Assembly: GCA_963578705.1 (NCBI GenBank)
Contig: CAUZDT010000002.1
Span: 1-57,437, forward strand
Length of the DNA stretch: 57,437 nt
DNA from: Candidatus Thalassarchaeaceae archaeon
GTDB taxonomy: Archaea; Thermoplasmatota; Poseidoniia; MGIII; CG-Epi1
Direction of reading: 5' to 3'
Of this stretch, positions 34,386 to 43,117 are shown piece after piece. How positions within the stretch are numbered: position 1 is the first letter of the stretch; each line of letters begins with the position of its first letter. The notes beneath the pieces are model-generated. The model worked only from the letters and a program-made list of their open reading frames with translations, was not told the origin of the DNA and ran no database searches. Both the position numbers and the translations under genes were made by a program.

Positions 34386-34557
34386 GGAGTATCTCCTTTG
34401 TTTATGCCCCAGGACTCCACTCCGGGACAACCCATACACCCTACTAGGGGTTATAAACTTAATGGTGATTATGTTGATTACCCTTTTTAGGTATTATACT
34501 ATATGGGGGAAAGGATGCATCTCAACCGTTATATGGAGGCCAGTCTCGGCGCAGCCG

Positions 34558-35238
34558 ATGAGGGTAGACGAACTGACCCTGCGCAGCAGCCGCATTAGCA
34601 TGGCGGTCAAGGTGCTGTCGATGGATGAGCCCCGCGATATCGATAGTGGCGGCCGGGTCTGTGAAGGACTGGTAGGCGACGAAACCGGCACGATCGTGAT
34701 GAGTTTCTGGAACGAGGAATGCGACCAAGCGGCGGTCGATGCGACCATCTGGCTCAAGGATGCGCGCGCCACCCTGGTGCGCGGGTCGCTCCGTTTAAGC
34801 CTCGGCGAGTTCGGCTCGCTGGGCGAGCCCGACCGGGAAGTGGGCAGCATCCGCGATGACCTAAACCTCTCCGACATCGCATACGCGATGCCGCGACCCG
34901 ACCGCGGACGCGGCGGTGGCCGGGGCGGCGGTGGCGGAGGCAAGTGCTTCAACTGCGGCAAGCCGGGCCATATCTCCCGCGAATGCCCGGAAGGCGGTGG
35001 CGGCAAGCCGGGCGGCGGCAAGTGTTTCAACTGCGGCAAGCCGGGCCATATCTCCCGCGAATGCCCGGAAGGCGGTGGCGGCAAGCCGGGCGGCGGCAAG
35101 TGTTTCAATTGCGGCAAGCCGGGCCACATCTCCCGTGACTGCCCAGAAGGCGGTGGTGGGAAGCCGGGCGGCGGCAAGTGTTTCAACTGCGGCAAGCCGG
35201 GCCACATCTCCAGTGACTGCCCCGACCGGGGGAACTGA
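34558..35238 (+). CDS. SSB-like OB-fold protein with RGG tract and four CCHC zinc knuckles
   Basis: ORF 34306.. trimmed to ATG 34558, giving 226 aa. The N-terminus ...GRVCEGLVGDETGTIVMSFWNEE...ATLVRGSLRLSLGEFGSLGE... has an OB pattern. It is followed by RGRGGGRGGGGGG and then 4x KCFNCGKPGHISR(E/D)CP (C-X2-C-X4-H-X4-C) separated by EGGGGKPGGG. Confidence 0.8.
   Translation: MRVDELTLRSSRISMAVKVLSMDEPRDIDSGGRVCEGLVGDETGTIVMSFWNEECDQAAVDATIWLKDARATLVRGSLRLSLGEFGSLGEPDREVGSIRDDLNLSDIAYAMPRPDRGRGGGRGGGGGGKCFNCGKPGHISRECPEGGGGKPGGGKCFNCGKPGHISRECPEGGGGKPGGGKCFNCGKPGHISRDCPEGGGGKPGGGKCFNCGKPGHISSDCPDRGN
34942..35222 (+). repeat. four tandem 78-bp coding repeats (zinc-knuckle units)
   Basis: Units start at 34942, 35020, 35098 and 35176 (exact 78-nt period). 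Units 1-3 differ by only a few synonymous or near-synonymous positions. Confidence 0.95.
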
Positions 35239-35338
35239 GCTGGCGCGACGCGGGCGGCACCGCAGGCGCGGCCCCAAGAAGGCGCAGCCGCCGCGACGCA
35301 AGGTGAAAAAGCCGCAGAAGCGGCAGATTCGGCAGCGG

Positions 35339-35578
35339 ATGCTCAATCCTGCGCGCCGCACCGAGACGATTTACTTCCTGGACGAGGCGCTACAGGAATC
35401 GGACCTGGGCGAGAAAGAGACCGAGCCGTTCATCGCCACGCTGGTAGCGCTGGCGACGCGCGAAACGCTGGGCGCCGCGGCCGACATGCTGGAAGAGAAA
35501 AGCGGGGAAGGCATCATCACCCCTGACATGAGCGAGCAGCTGCTCAGGATAATGAGCCGCTTTTCCGTAATGCGGTGA
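35339..35578 (+). CDS. hypothetical small protein (possible GTG 35303 start adds a Lys/Arg-rich N-terminus)
   Basis: MLNPARRTETIYFLDEALQESDLGEKETEPFIATLVALATRETLGAAADMLEEKSGEGIITPDMSEQLLRIMSRFSVMR. This is the 3' part of track ORF 34916..35578. It is followed by a T6 run (35581-86) and then infB. No family recognised. Confidence 0.35.
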   Translation: MLNPARRTETIYFLDEALQESDLGEKETEPFIATLVALATRETLGAAADMLEEKSGEGIITPDMSEQLLRIMSRFSVMR

Positions 35579-35596
35579 GCTTTTTTAGCGTCCGCC

Positions 35597-37429
35597 GTGC
35601 GGCCGGTCCTGATGGCCAGCGACGACGAGGCTGCAGACGCCGACGCTCCTGATGAGGGGCAGCCGCCGACAGGACCGCTGCGCCAGCCCATCGTGGCAGT
35701 GCTGGGGCACGTCGACCACGGCAAGACGTCGCTGCTCGACTGGGTGCGCGGTACCGCGGTCGTAAGCCGCGAGGCGGGCGCGATTACGCAGCACATCGGC
35801 GCGACCGAGGTGCCATTCGAGACTATCAGCGACATCTGCGGCGCGCTGTTGCCGGAGGAGAACATCCGGCTCCCCGGGCTGCTCTTCATCGACACCCCCG
35901 GCCACCACTCCTTCAGCACTCTGCGCGCGCGTGGGGGACAGCTGGCGGACTTAGCGGTGCTGCTCGTCGACATCATGGAGGGGTTCAAGCCGCAGACCAT
36001 CGAGTCGCTGCAGGTGCTACGGCGGGCGCAGACGCCCTTTATCCTGGTGCTGAACAAGATTGACCGGCTCCCCGGCTGGCGCACTCGCAAGGGCACTTTC
36101 GCCGCCAACCGGCAGGAGCAGTCGCAGCTGGCGCAGGATGCGCTGCAGGAGCGCATCTGGGAGATTGTGCGTGAACTGGGCGGACACAACTTCGATTCGG
36201 CGCTCTACTCCGAGGTCGAGGATTTCCAGAAGACGATTGCGCTGGTGCCCACGTCGGTCCGCGACAGCGGCGAAGGCGTCCCTGAGCTGTTTATGCTGCT
36301 GATGGGGCTGGCGCAACGCTATCTCGAGGGGCGACTGGCGCAGAAGGAGGGCGTAGCCGAGGGGACCGTGCTCGAGGTAAAGGAGGAGCGCGGGCTCGGC
36401 AAGACGCTTGGCGTCATAATCTACAACGGTGTCCTGCGCGCGAGCGACACGCTGGTCATCGGCGCGACGCCCGAGCCGCTGGTAACGCGCGTGCGCAGCC
36501 TGCTGCAGCCGCGGCCGCTGGACGAAATTCGCGACCCGCGCCAGCAGTTCAACGTGGTCACGGAGGTCGCTGCCGCCGCCGGCCTGAAGGTGGTCGCGCC
36601 TGATCTTGAGGGCGTCATCGCCGGCGCGCCCTTCTACGGAGTCCCGCAAGGCGACGATATCGCGCCAGTGCTGGAACGGCTTTCGGGGGAGATGGAGAGC
36701 AACGTCGCGCTCGAGGACCGCGGGTTGGTGGTGCGCGCCGACGCCATCGGCTCGCTCGAGGCGCTCGCCTACGAACTGCAGGAAGCTGGGGCCCCGATAA
36801 TGCGCGCCGCCGTCGGCGACGTCTCGCGCCGCGACGTGCGGCTGGCTGAGACCGCGCCGGCCGAGCAGCGCGCGGTGCTGGCGTTCGGCGTCAACGTGCT
36901 GCCCGACGCGCGCGAAGCACTGGTCGAGAGCGAAGCGAAGCTCTTCGAGGCGGACGTGGTCTACCAGCTGGTCGAGGAATACGGCGAGTGGCTGCTGGAG
37001 CTGAAGCGCGAGCAGGCACGGGCGTTGCGCGAGGAATTCCCGCACCCGGGCAAAATCGAGTTTCTGGAAGGGCACACCTTCCGCACGCGTGACCCCGCCG
37101 TCTTCGGCGTGCGAGTGCTGGCGGGGCGCATCATGGTGGGTCAGAAAGTGCTGCGAGCGGACAACCGCGTTATCGGCCGCATCCGCTCGATGCGCTCCGG
37201 GGAGCAAGGCCTGAAGGAGGCGACACAGGGCGACGAAGTCGCGATTGCCGTGACCGAGGCGACCGTCGGCCGGCAGGTAAACGAGGGCGATATTCTTTAT
37301 ATAGAGATGGTTGAGCGCGACGTGGTGCGTCTGCGCGACGAAAACGTCAAGCTGACGCCCGACGAGGAAGACGTTATCACCGAGTTACAGCGCATCAAGA
37401 AGGCGGATTCCCCGTTCTGGGGGCGTTGA
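35597..37429 (+). CDS. infB: translation initiation factor aIF5B (IF-2 family GTPase)
   Basis: 610 aa (GTG 35597; ATG 35612 is the alternative). G motifs VLGHVDHGKTSLLD, DTPGH, NKID. Confidence 0.92.
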   Translation: MRPVLMASDDEAADADAPDEGQPPTGPLRQPIVAVLGHVDHGKTSLLDWVRGTAVVSREAGAITQHIGATEVPFETISDICGALLPEENIRLPGLLFIDTPGHHSFSTLRARGGQLADLAVLLVDIMEGFKPQTIESLQVLRRAQTPFILVLNKIDRLPGWRTRKGTFAANRQEQSQLAQDALQERIWEIVRELGGHNFDSALYSEVEDFQKTIALVPTSVRDSGEGVPELFMLLMGLAQRYLEGRLAQKEGVAEGTVLEVKEERGLGKTLGVIIYNGVLRASDTLVIGATPEPLVTRVRSLLQPRPLDEIRDPRQQFNVVTEVAAAAGLKVVAPDLEGVIAGAPFYGVPQGDDIAPVLERLSGEMESNVALEDRGLVVRADAIGSLEALAYELQEAGAPIMRAAVGDVSRRDVRLAETAPAEQRAVLAFGVNVLPDAREALVESEAKLFEADVVYQLVEEYGEWLLELKREQARALREEFPHPGKIEFLEGHTFRTRDPAVFGVRVLAGRIMVGQKVLRADNRVIGRIRSMRSGEQGLKEATQGDEVAIAVTEATVGRQVNEGDILYIEMVERDVVRLRDENVKLTPDEEDVITELQRIKKADSPFWGR

Positions 37430-39230
37430 ACCCTCGTACCAGTGCCGGCACCGCACTGCTGGTGCAGTGCCGCACCTCTTTCGGCAGGAAGCGGCGGTAG
37501 GGGCGGTGCCCCAGCCGGTTGTCGTAGAGCAGCACCACGCCGCGGTCGGTCTCGCTGCGGATGCAGCGGCCGGCCGCCTGTAGCACGCGGTTGACCGCCG
37601 GGTAGGTTTGCGCGTAGAGACGCCCCTTTCCGTCGCCGAATTTTCGCTCGAAATACTCTTCGAGCTTCTTCTGCTCGAGCGATGGCGGCGGCACCGGTAT
37701 CCCGACGACGGCGACCGCGGCGAGCAGGTTGCCGGGATAGTCGACCCCCTCACCGAAGATGCCCCCCATCACCGCTAGCAGCAGCGCGTCGCGCTGCTGC
37801 AAGCGTCCGAGCAGCGCCGTCCGCTTTACCGGAGATGCACCGCGCTCCTCGAGCAACAGCGCCTTGCCATGCTCGCCGAGCCGGCTGGCGACGTCGTCGC
37901 GCAGCGCGTAGCTCGGGAAGAACGCAGCGACGTTGCCCGGCGTCGCTTGCGCCACCGCGGTCAGCGACGCCGCCAGCTTGCGGTAGAGCGGGTCGCCGCG
38001 ATTACGGAAGAGGGTCGAGACGTCGTCGATGCAGAGCAGCAGCCGGTTCTCGGGCGGGAAGGGCGAGCTGTAGGTCGCCTTGCGGGAGCGCTCCGCGTCG
38101 AGCCCCAGCAGGTCGCGGTAGAATCCGCGCGGCTTCAGCGTGCCCGACATCAGTACCGAGCCGCGCACGGCGCGGAAGACCGGCGCGCTGATTGACGCGG
38201 GGTCGAGCAGCCGCAGCGAGAGTTTGCGTTGCCACGGCTTGTCGCCGCCGTGCGCCAGCCGCAGGTCGCTGCCTTCCTTCAGGAAGCGCCAGTGGTGCAG
38301 GAAATCCGCCACATCGCCCATGCGCGCCACCTTGCCGCGCTGCAGCCGCCGCTGGGCGGACCGCTCGAGCAGTCGCACGAAGCCCTCCAGGTCGGTCAGC
38401 TTCTGCTTCAGCGCCGCGTCGAGCATGCGGCTGACGCTGCCGCCGTCAATCTCCTTCTCGCCCTTGTGGTCGGTCAGGCTCTCGACCAGCCGCTCCAGGA
38501 TTGAGAGCTGCGTGCGCAGCGCCTGGCCCGCCTCGCGCTGCGCCTCGCGGATACGCTGCAGCGAGAGCGTCGGCGACGCGGAGAGCCGGATGCGGTCGGG
38601 CAGGTTGTGTGCCTCGTCGACAATCAGCAGCACCTCCTCCAGCGGCCGCTGGATGCGGTCCCACACCACGTCGGACCACGGGGTGAAGAGGTAGTTGTAG
38701 TCGCAGACCAGCACGTCGCATTCCTGCGCCGCTTCCAGCGCGACACGGTGCGGGCACTGCACCTCCTCGCGACAGAGCGCCTTCAGACCGGCCGCCGAGA
38801 GCGGCTCGTCGAAGACCTGCGGCAGGAATTCGGGGCGGTAGCCAGCATGGTAGCTACAGTCGTTGTTGCGCACCAGTGCGGTGCAGACTGCCTGGAAGAC
38901 GCCGTAGCGGCTCTCGTCCAAATCGTCGCGAGGGCACATGTCCTGCTTGGAAATCACGTCCACGATTTTCAGCGGCTGTTGCGCGTGGATGCGCTTCAGC
39001 GTCTCGACGAAAATCGCGTGCTGCGTCTGCCGTGACGTCAGCGCCACCACCAGCAACCCTCGCTCGCGCGCCACCTCGACCGCGGCGGTCAGCGCCGCGG
39101 CGGTCTTCCCCAGCCCAGTGGGCGCGTGCGCCAGCAGGTGCTCGCCGGCAGCGAACGCAGCGCGGCAGCCATCCAGCATCGCATCTTGCCCCTTGCGGAG
39201 CTCCGGGAACGGGAACAAGGAGTGCCCCAC
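37395..39230 (-). CDS. XPD/Rad3-family 5'-3' DNA helicase (FeS-cluster helicase)
   Basis: 611 aa, GTG start. Walker A AHAPTGLGKTAA and DEAH box IVDEAHNL. Four Cys are spaced as in the XPD FeS domain (DMCP...AVCT...NDCSYH...VQCPH). The 3' end overlaps infB by 35 nt (convergent). Confidence 0.8.
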   Translation of the reverse strand: MGHSLFPFPELRKGQDAMLDGCRAAFAAGEHLLAHAPTGLGKTAAALTAAVEVARERGLLVVALTSRQTQHAIFVETLKRIHAQQPLKIVDVISKQDMCPRDDLDESRYGVFQAVCTALVRNNDCSYHAGYRPEFLPQVFDEPLSAAGLKALCREEVQCPHRVALEAAQECDVLVCDYNYLFTPWSDVVWDRIQRPLEEVLLIVDEAHNLPDRIRLSASPTLSLQRIREAQREAGQALRTQLSILERLVESLTDHKGEKEIDGGSVSRMLDAALKQKLTDLEGFVRLLERSAQRRLQRGKVARMGDVADFLHHWRFLKEGSDLRLAHGGDKPWQRKLSLRLLDPASISAPVFRAVRGSVLMSGTLKPRGFYRDLLGLDAERSRKATYSSPFPPENRLLLCIDDVSTLFRNRGDPLYRKLAASLTAVAQATPGNVAAFFPSYALRDDVASRLGEHGKALLLEERGASPVKRTALLGRLQQRDALLLAVMGGIFGEGVDYPGNLLAAVAVVGIPVPPPSLEQKKLEEYFERKFGDGKGRLYAQTYPAVNRVLQAAGRCIRSETDRGVVLLYDNRLGHRPYRRFLPKEVRHCTSSAVPALVRGFNAPRTGNPPS

Positions 39231-39273
39231 GCAGGTGGGGCAAAAAGACTATTCAGGCCGCCTGTCGGGGGGC

Positions 39274-39654
39274 ATGAAGGAAATAGTCGAATCGCCCAAC
39301 GCGCCCCCCCCCATCGGCCCCTACTCACAGGCGGTCGCCGACGCCGGGCTGCTGTTCATGAGCGGACAGGTCGGTCGCCAGCCCGATGTCGCAACGCTCG
39401 AGGAAGGCGTCGGCGAGCAGACCCGCCAGGCCATCCACAACCTGCAGGCGGTGCTGGCAGAGCGCGGACTCGCGCTGGTGGATGTGGTCAAGGCAACGGT
39501 CTTCTTGATAGACATGGATGACTTCGGCGCGATGAATGCAGTTTATATAGAGATGTTTGGAGAAGACGCGGCGCCGGCGCGCTCCACCGTTGAAGTGGCG
39601 CGGCTGCCGCTGGACGCGCTGGTCGAGATTGACGCCATCGCCGTGCTGCAGTAG
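39274..39654 (+). CDS. ridA: RidA/YjgF-family reactive-intermediate deaminase
   Basis: ORF 38938.. trimmed to ATG 39274, giving 126 aa. PPIGPYSQAV...LFMSGQ...ARSTVEVARLPLDALVEIDAIA. Confidence 0.88.
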   Translation: MKEIVESPNAPPPIGPYSQAVADAGLLFMSGQVGRQPDVATLEEGVGEQTRQAIHNLQAVLAERGLALVDVVKATVFLIDMDDFGAMNAVYIEMFGEDAAPARSTVEVARLPLDALVEIDAIAVLQ

Positions 39655-40524
39655 ATGGACGGCGCCCACCGCGCGGTCGCCTGGATGCTGCTCGCCAGCC
39701 TTGCGTTCGGTACCGGCAGCGCGCTGGTGAAGTGGACCGCTGGCCATGCGGCGGTCGCGACGGTGATTTTCGGCCGCAGCCTGGTAATCACGCTGGCGCT
39801 GCTGGCGTGGTCGCGGCTGCGCGGCTCTTCGCTCCACGCCGGCGACCGCCGGCTGCTGCTCTGGCGCTGCGCGGTTGGCCTGTCGGCGATGGCGTGCTAC
39901 TTCTATGCGGTGCAGCAGATACCACTCTCGAACGCGGTGACGCTGCAATACACCGCGCCGCTCTTCGTTGCGCTCTTCTCCGGGGCGATGCTGCGCGAGC
40001 GCGTCTCGCCGCTGGTCTACGGTTGCATCGCGCTCTCGTTCGCCGGCACCGTGCTGATAGTCTCGCCGTCGCTACGGCAGGTCGAGCCGGTCGCGCTGGT
40101 CGCGCTCATCTCGGGCGTGCTCTCGGCGTTTGCCTACCTCGCCGTGCGCGGGCTGCGCACCAGCGCATCGCCTGACGGGGTCGTTTTCTGGTTCGCGCTC
40201 TTCTGCACGCTGGTCACTCTGCCGTTGGCCGCCGCCGAGCTGCCGCAGCTGGCACTGCCGGAAGCGCTCGCGATAATCGGTGTCGGCGTCTGCGCGGGTG
40301 TCGGCCAGACGGGAATGACGCGCGCCTATCAGGCAGCTCGCGCAGCCTACATCGGCGCATTCTCCTACGCAACGGTGCTCATCGGTGGGATTTACGGCTG
40401 GCTACTGTTCCATCAAACGCTTGTCTGGGGCGATGCTATCGGCGCGGCGCTGATTGTCGGCAGCGGTGCACTGCTCGTCAGCAGCGCGCCGGAGGCGAAG
40501 CCCGAAGGCGGGCAGCTGCCGTAG
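39655..40524 (+). CDS. EamA/DMT-superfamily transporter
   Basis: 289 aa, about 10 TM segments in two EamA-like halves. It starts immediately after the ridA stop. Confidence 0.7.
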   Translation: MDGAHRAVAWMLLASLAFGTGSALVKWTAGHAAVATVIFGRSLVITLALLAWSRLRGSSLHAGDRRLLLWRCAVGLSAMACYFYAVQQIPLSNAVTLQYTAPLFVALFSGAMLRERVSPLVYGCIALSFAGTVLIVSPSLRQVEPVALVALISGVLSAFAYLAVRGLRTSASPDGVVFWFALFCTLVTLPLAAAELPQLALPEALAIIGVGVCAGVGQTGMTRAYQAARAAYIGAFSYATVLIGGIYGWLLFHQTLVWGDAIGAALIVGSGALLVSSAPEAKPEGGQLP

Positions 40525-40755
40525 GCGTCCGCCTACTGTGACTTGAGGTAGAAGAGCACCGCAAAGACGGCATTCATCACGGTTCCAAAGATGTTTTGGC
40601 CGTCGCTGGGCGTAATCCCCGCATAGAGGTCATAAACGCTCATCAGGAAGAACGTAGCCCAGAGGGTCTGTACAGCATTTCAGTCGAGAGACCTTTCAGG
40701 AATTCTGTTATGGGTGACAGGCTGCAACGCGGTTTTTAAATCGGTCGGCGGCCGG

Positions 40756-41760
40756 CTACGTGTCGTCGATTGCTACGAGCTGGTTGCCCATCCGCTCGGT
40801 GTCGAGCATGTGTTGCACGAAGTAGCGCGCCCGCGCGCCCTGGTCGGCGGTCAGGACGCTGCGATCGCCGTAGCGGCTCATCAGGTTTTCGAGCGAGGGC
40901 GAGTGCTGCTCCGGGGTGCAGTCGGGGTATTCGTTCTCTGCCTGCCCTGGCTTCTCGCCTTGGTAGAGGAAGGCGGCGCTGCAGCCAATGGCTTCCTCGC
41001 ACTCCTGGTAGCAGTCGTAGGGCGTGCCGCAGACAAAGTCCCCTGTGCGGTAGCACTGTTCGTCCGGGACGACCCAGTCGGCGGTCCAGGCGGTCGCACG
41101 GTCGAGGTCCGAATCCGAGGCCGGGTCATCACTATACTGGTGGGTGTGGTAGAGCCCGGTGAAGTGGCCCAGCTCGTGTGACGGGATGTAGCTGGTCTCG
41201 AAGGTGGTCGCCCGCACGAAGGTAACGTAATAGGTCCGGTCGTGCCAGGGATACATGCTGTAGGCGCCCCAGCCGTCGGTGAGCAGGACGATGTTCACAT
41301 TGCTGGAGTTGTAGTGCTGCTCGAACTCCGCACCGAGGGCGGAGACCGCGATTCCGTCGCCGTAGTCGCCCCCCGCCCCGTCGCTCCCGTTCCCGACGGC
41401 TCCGGTCTCGCCCTCCGGCTCGCCCCCGATGTCAGGGAAGGCAACGTCCACGTAGATGATTTCCCCCAGCGCGAAATCGATTCCATGTGGGTTGAAGACG
41501 CTGTTAACCAGCTCGAGCCCCGCCTGGAGGGAGCTCTCGTTGGAGATGTAGCTGGCGTTGGTGTTGTCCCGGTAGACGAAGAACGTGATTGCGAGCGTCT
41601 TCGCGGGTCCCTCTTCGCAGCCCAGCCCGGGGTAGGACGCAGCCTCCGAAATCTGGCGCCAGTATTGCTGCTCGTCGCACGGCTCATCCTCGTCGCCCAG
41701 GCAGCCGGAGAGCGACGTGGCGAGCAGGATTAGCGTGAGCAGTAGCGGTGCACTGCGCAT
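40756..41760 (-). CDS. lipoprotein zinc metalloprotease, metzincin (M43/pappalysin-ulilysin-like)
   Basis: 334 aa. The signal peptide plus lipobox is LLATSLSGC. The motif is HELGHFTGLYHTH (HExxHxxGxxH). The C-terminal half is Cys-rich. Confidence 0.65.
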   Translation of the reverse strand: MRSAPLLLTLILLATSLSGCLGDEDEPCDEQQYWRQISEAASYPGLGCEEGPAKTLAITFFVYRDNTNASYISNESSLQAGLELVNSVFNPHGIDFALGEIIYVDVAFPDIGGEPEGETGAVGNGSDGAGGDYGDGIAVSALGAEFEQHYNSSNVNIVLLTDGWGAYSMYPWHDRTYYVTFVRATTFETSYIPSHELGHFTGLYHTHQYSDDPASDSDLDRATAWTADWVVPDEQCYRTGDFVCGTPYDCYQECEEAIGCSAAFLYQGEKPGQAENEYPDCTPEQHSPSLENLMSRYGDRSVLTADQGARARYFVQHMLDTERMGNQLVAIDDT

Positions 41761-41805
41761 ACCAGGGAATCTGGGCGCGCGGTGATTAAACCCTTTCCGT
41801 CGCCT

Positions 41806-42567
41806 TCAGGCGACGCGGGTAATCATCTCGGGCGTAATACCGTGCTCAGTGACGGCGTAGATTAGCACCGCTGCCTTCTCCGGGTGGTTACGGATCTTCT
41901 TGAGAATCATGCGATTCTCGAACTCGGCCGCCATGCGCCCTACTTCGAGCTCGATAATGACGTCGGCGACAGCCTCAATCTGGCTCTGCGTCTTCGAATC
42001 GTGCGCGTCCTGCGAGACGGTGTAGAGCACGAGGCCGCCGTTAGCTTGCGCGTATTCCTTGATGGTCCGCATTGACGAGAGTACCTCAGCCAGCGAGTAA
42101 TACTGCAGGAAGAAATCGAGTGAATCAACGACGACCCGGAAGGGTGAGCGCAGCTTCGAGATTTCGTACGCCATGTCTGAGACGAAGTTAATCTGGTCAG
42201 CGGTCGCACCGTAGGCGCCGACGTTGCGCAGCTCGCTTACCGAAAGCCCCTCCTGCTTGAAGCGGGAGGCCTGCAGGTCGCGCGCCAGAACCTTCTCGAA
42301 ATACTGGGTGCCGATGTTGACAATCCGCATGTCAGTGGGCCAGTTGTAGTGCTCGAAAGTCTCAATCAGCTCCTCGGAGGTTTCGTCGGTCGAGAAATAG
42401 ACGACATTCTCGGCGCCGACACCCGCTGCGGCGTACTGCTTGGCGAGCAGCTCCTTGCCCGCCCCGGAGGTGCCCGCAATCAGGATTGAGCTCCCCATCT
42501 TGAACCCCTTGCCTTCTATCAACGCCGCGTCGAGGCGGGGAATGCCGCAGGTTACGATTTCAGCCAT
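41806..42567 (-). CDS. KaiC/RecA-superfamily ATPase (single domain), paralog 3
   Basis: 253 aa. GIPRLDAALIEGKGFKMGSSILIAGTSGAGKE (Walker A) and RVVVDSLDFF (Walker B). 8-nt overlap with the upstream gene. Confidence 0.75.
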   Translation of the reverse strand: MAEIVTCGIPRLDAALIEGKGFKMGSSILIAGTSGAGKELLAKQYAAAGVGAENVVYFSTDETSEELIETFEHYNWPTDMRIVNIGTQYFEKVLARDLQASRFKQEGLSVSELRNVGAYGATADQINFVSDMAYEISKLRSPFRVVVDSLDFFLQYYSLAEVLSSMRTIKEYAQANGGLVLYTVSQDAHDSKTQSQIEAVADVIIELEVGRMAAEFENRMILKKIRNHPEKAAVLIYAVTEHGITPEMITRVA

Positions 42568-43117
42568 CTGTGTTTTCGATGTAGCGGTCGGTCAGGGTCT
42601 TCAGCATTGAGGCCAGGTCGTCACTGGTCTGCTCCTCCACCGTAATCATCATGGTATACGACTTGCGGAGCCGCATGGTGTTGGCGAGGACGTTAATAAA
42701 TTCCTTCAGGACCCGGTTCTCGGAATAAATGGTGAGGCCGTTAACCGAGTCAAACATTACGAAGTGCCGCTTGGCCTTGATGCGCCGCTCGAGCAACCCG
42801 ATATTGAGCAGCACCGACTCGAGCATCGTGGGCGACTCGATGAACATGGTACGTGGGTCCTCAGTCTCGCCACCAACAGTGAGCGAAATCATATCCACGA
42901 AATAGAGGTCGCCTAGGTCAGCCTTGATTTTTTCGAGGTCGGTGATGATACTACCCGAGGGCCGGGTCGTGGTGATGTAGATGCCACCCAGCTTTTTGCT
43001 CAGCAGGTGCTTTACGATTTCAGTCGACGTGGGGCGATAATTGTCAGAGTTGAGTGCAAGCGTCGTCAGGGCATCGCCCTCCTTGATGCTTGCGACCACT
43101 TGCTTGAGGATGCTCAC
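42560..43117 (-). CDS. degenerate KaiC-like domain protein lacking a P-loop, paralog 2
   Basis: ORF 42560..43147 trimmed to GTG 43117 (GTGA junction). LGGIYITTTRPSGS sits where Walker A is expected. The Walker-B-like HFVMFDSVNGL is retained. Confidence 0.5.
   Translation of the reverse strand: MSILKQVVASIKEGDALTTLALNSDNYRPTSTEIVKHLLSKKLGGIYITTTRPSGSIITDLEKIKADLGDLYFVDMISLTVGGETEDPRTMFIESPTMLESVLLNIGLLERRIKAKRHFVMFDSVNGLTIYSENRVLKEFINVLANTMRLRKSYTMMITVEEQTSDDLASMLKTLTDRYIENTDG

Noticed and set aside
34942-35222. 78-bp repeats as a CRISPR-like array
   Set aside because: The units are contiguous with no spacers, in frame, and encode CCHC knuckles. No cas genes are present in the window.
34916-35338. 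Alternative-frame ORF (track 34916..35578) running through the zinc-knuckle repeats
   Set aside because: Its 5' two-thirds is just the repeat array read out of frame (AASRAISPANARKAVAASRAAASVS...). Only the 3' part after the knuckle gene stop is kept as a possible small gene.
40533-40643. 36-codon minus-strand ORF (MSVYDLYAGITPSDGQNIFGTVMNAVFAVLFYLKSQ) in the eamA-M43 intergenic gap
   Set aside because: It is short, with no upstream signal I can recognise and no coupling to neighbours. It could be a small membrane peptide, but the evidence is insufficient.
41798-41815. Perfect hairpin CGTCGCC-ttca-GGCGACG at the end of the KaiC-like operon, as a terminator
   Set aside because: The stem contains the stop codon of the last gene and is not followed by an oligo-T tract on the transcribed strand. 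It may be a stabilising 3' hairpin, but I cannot support a terminator call.
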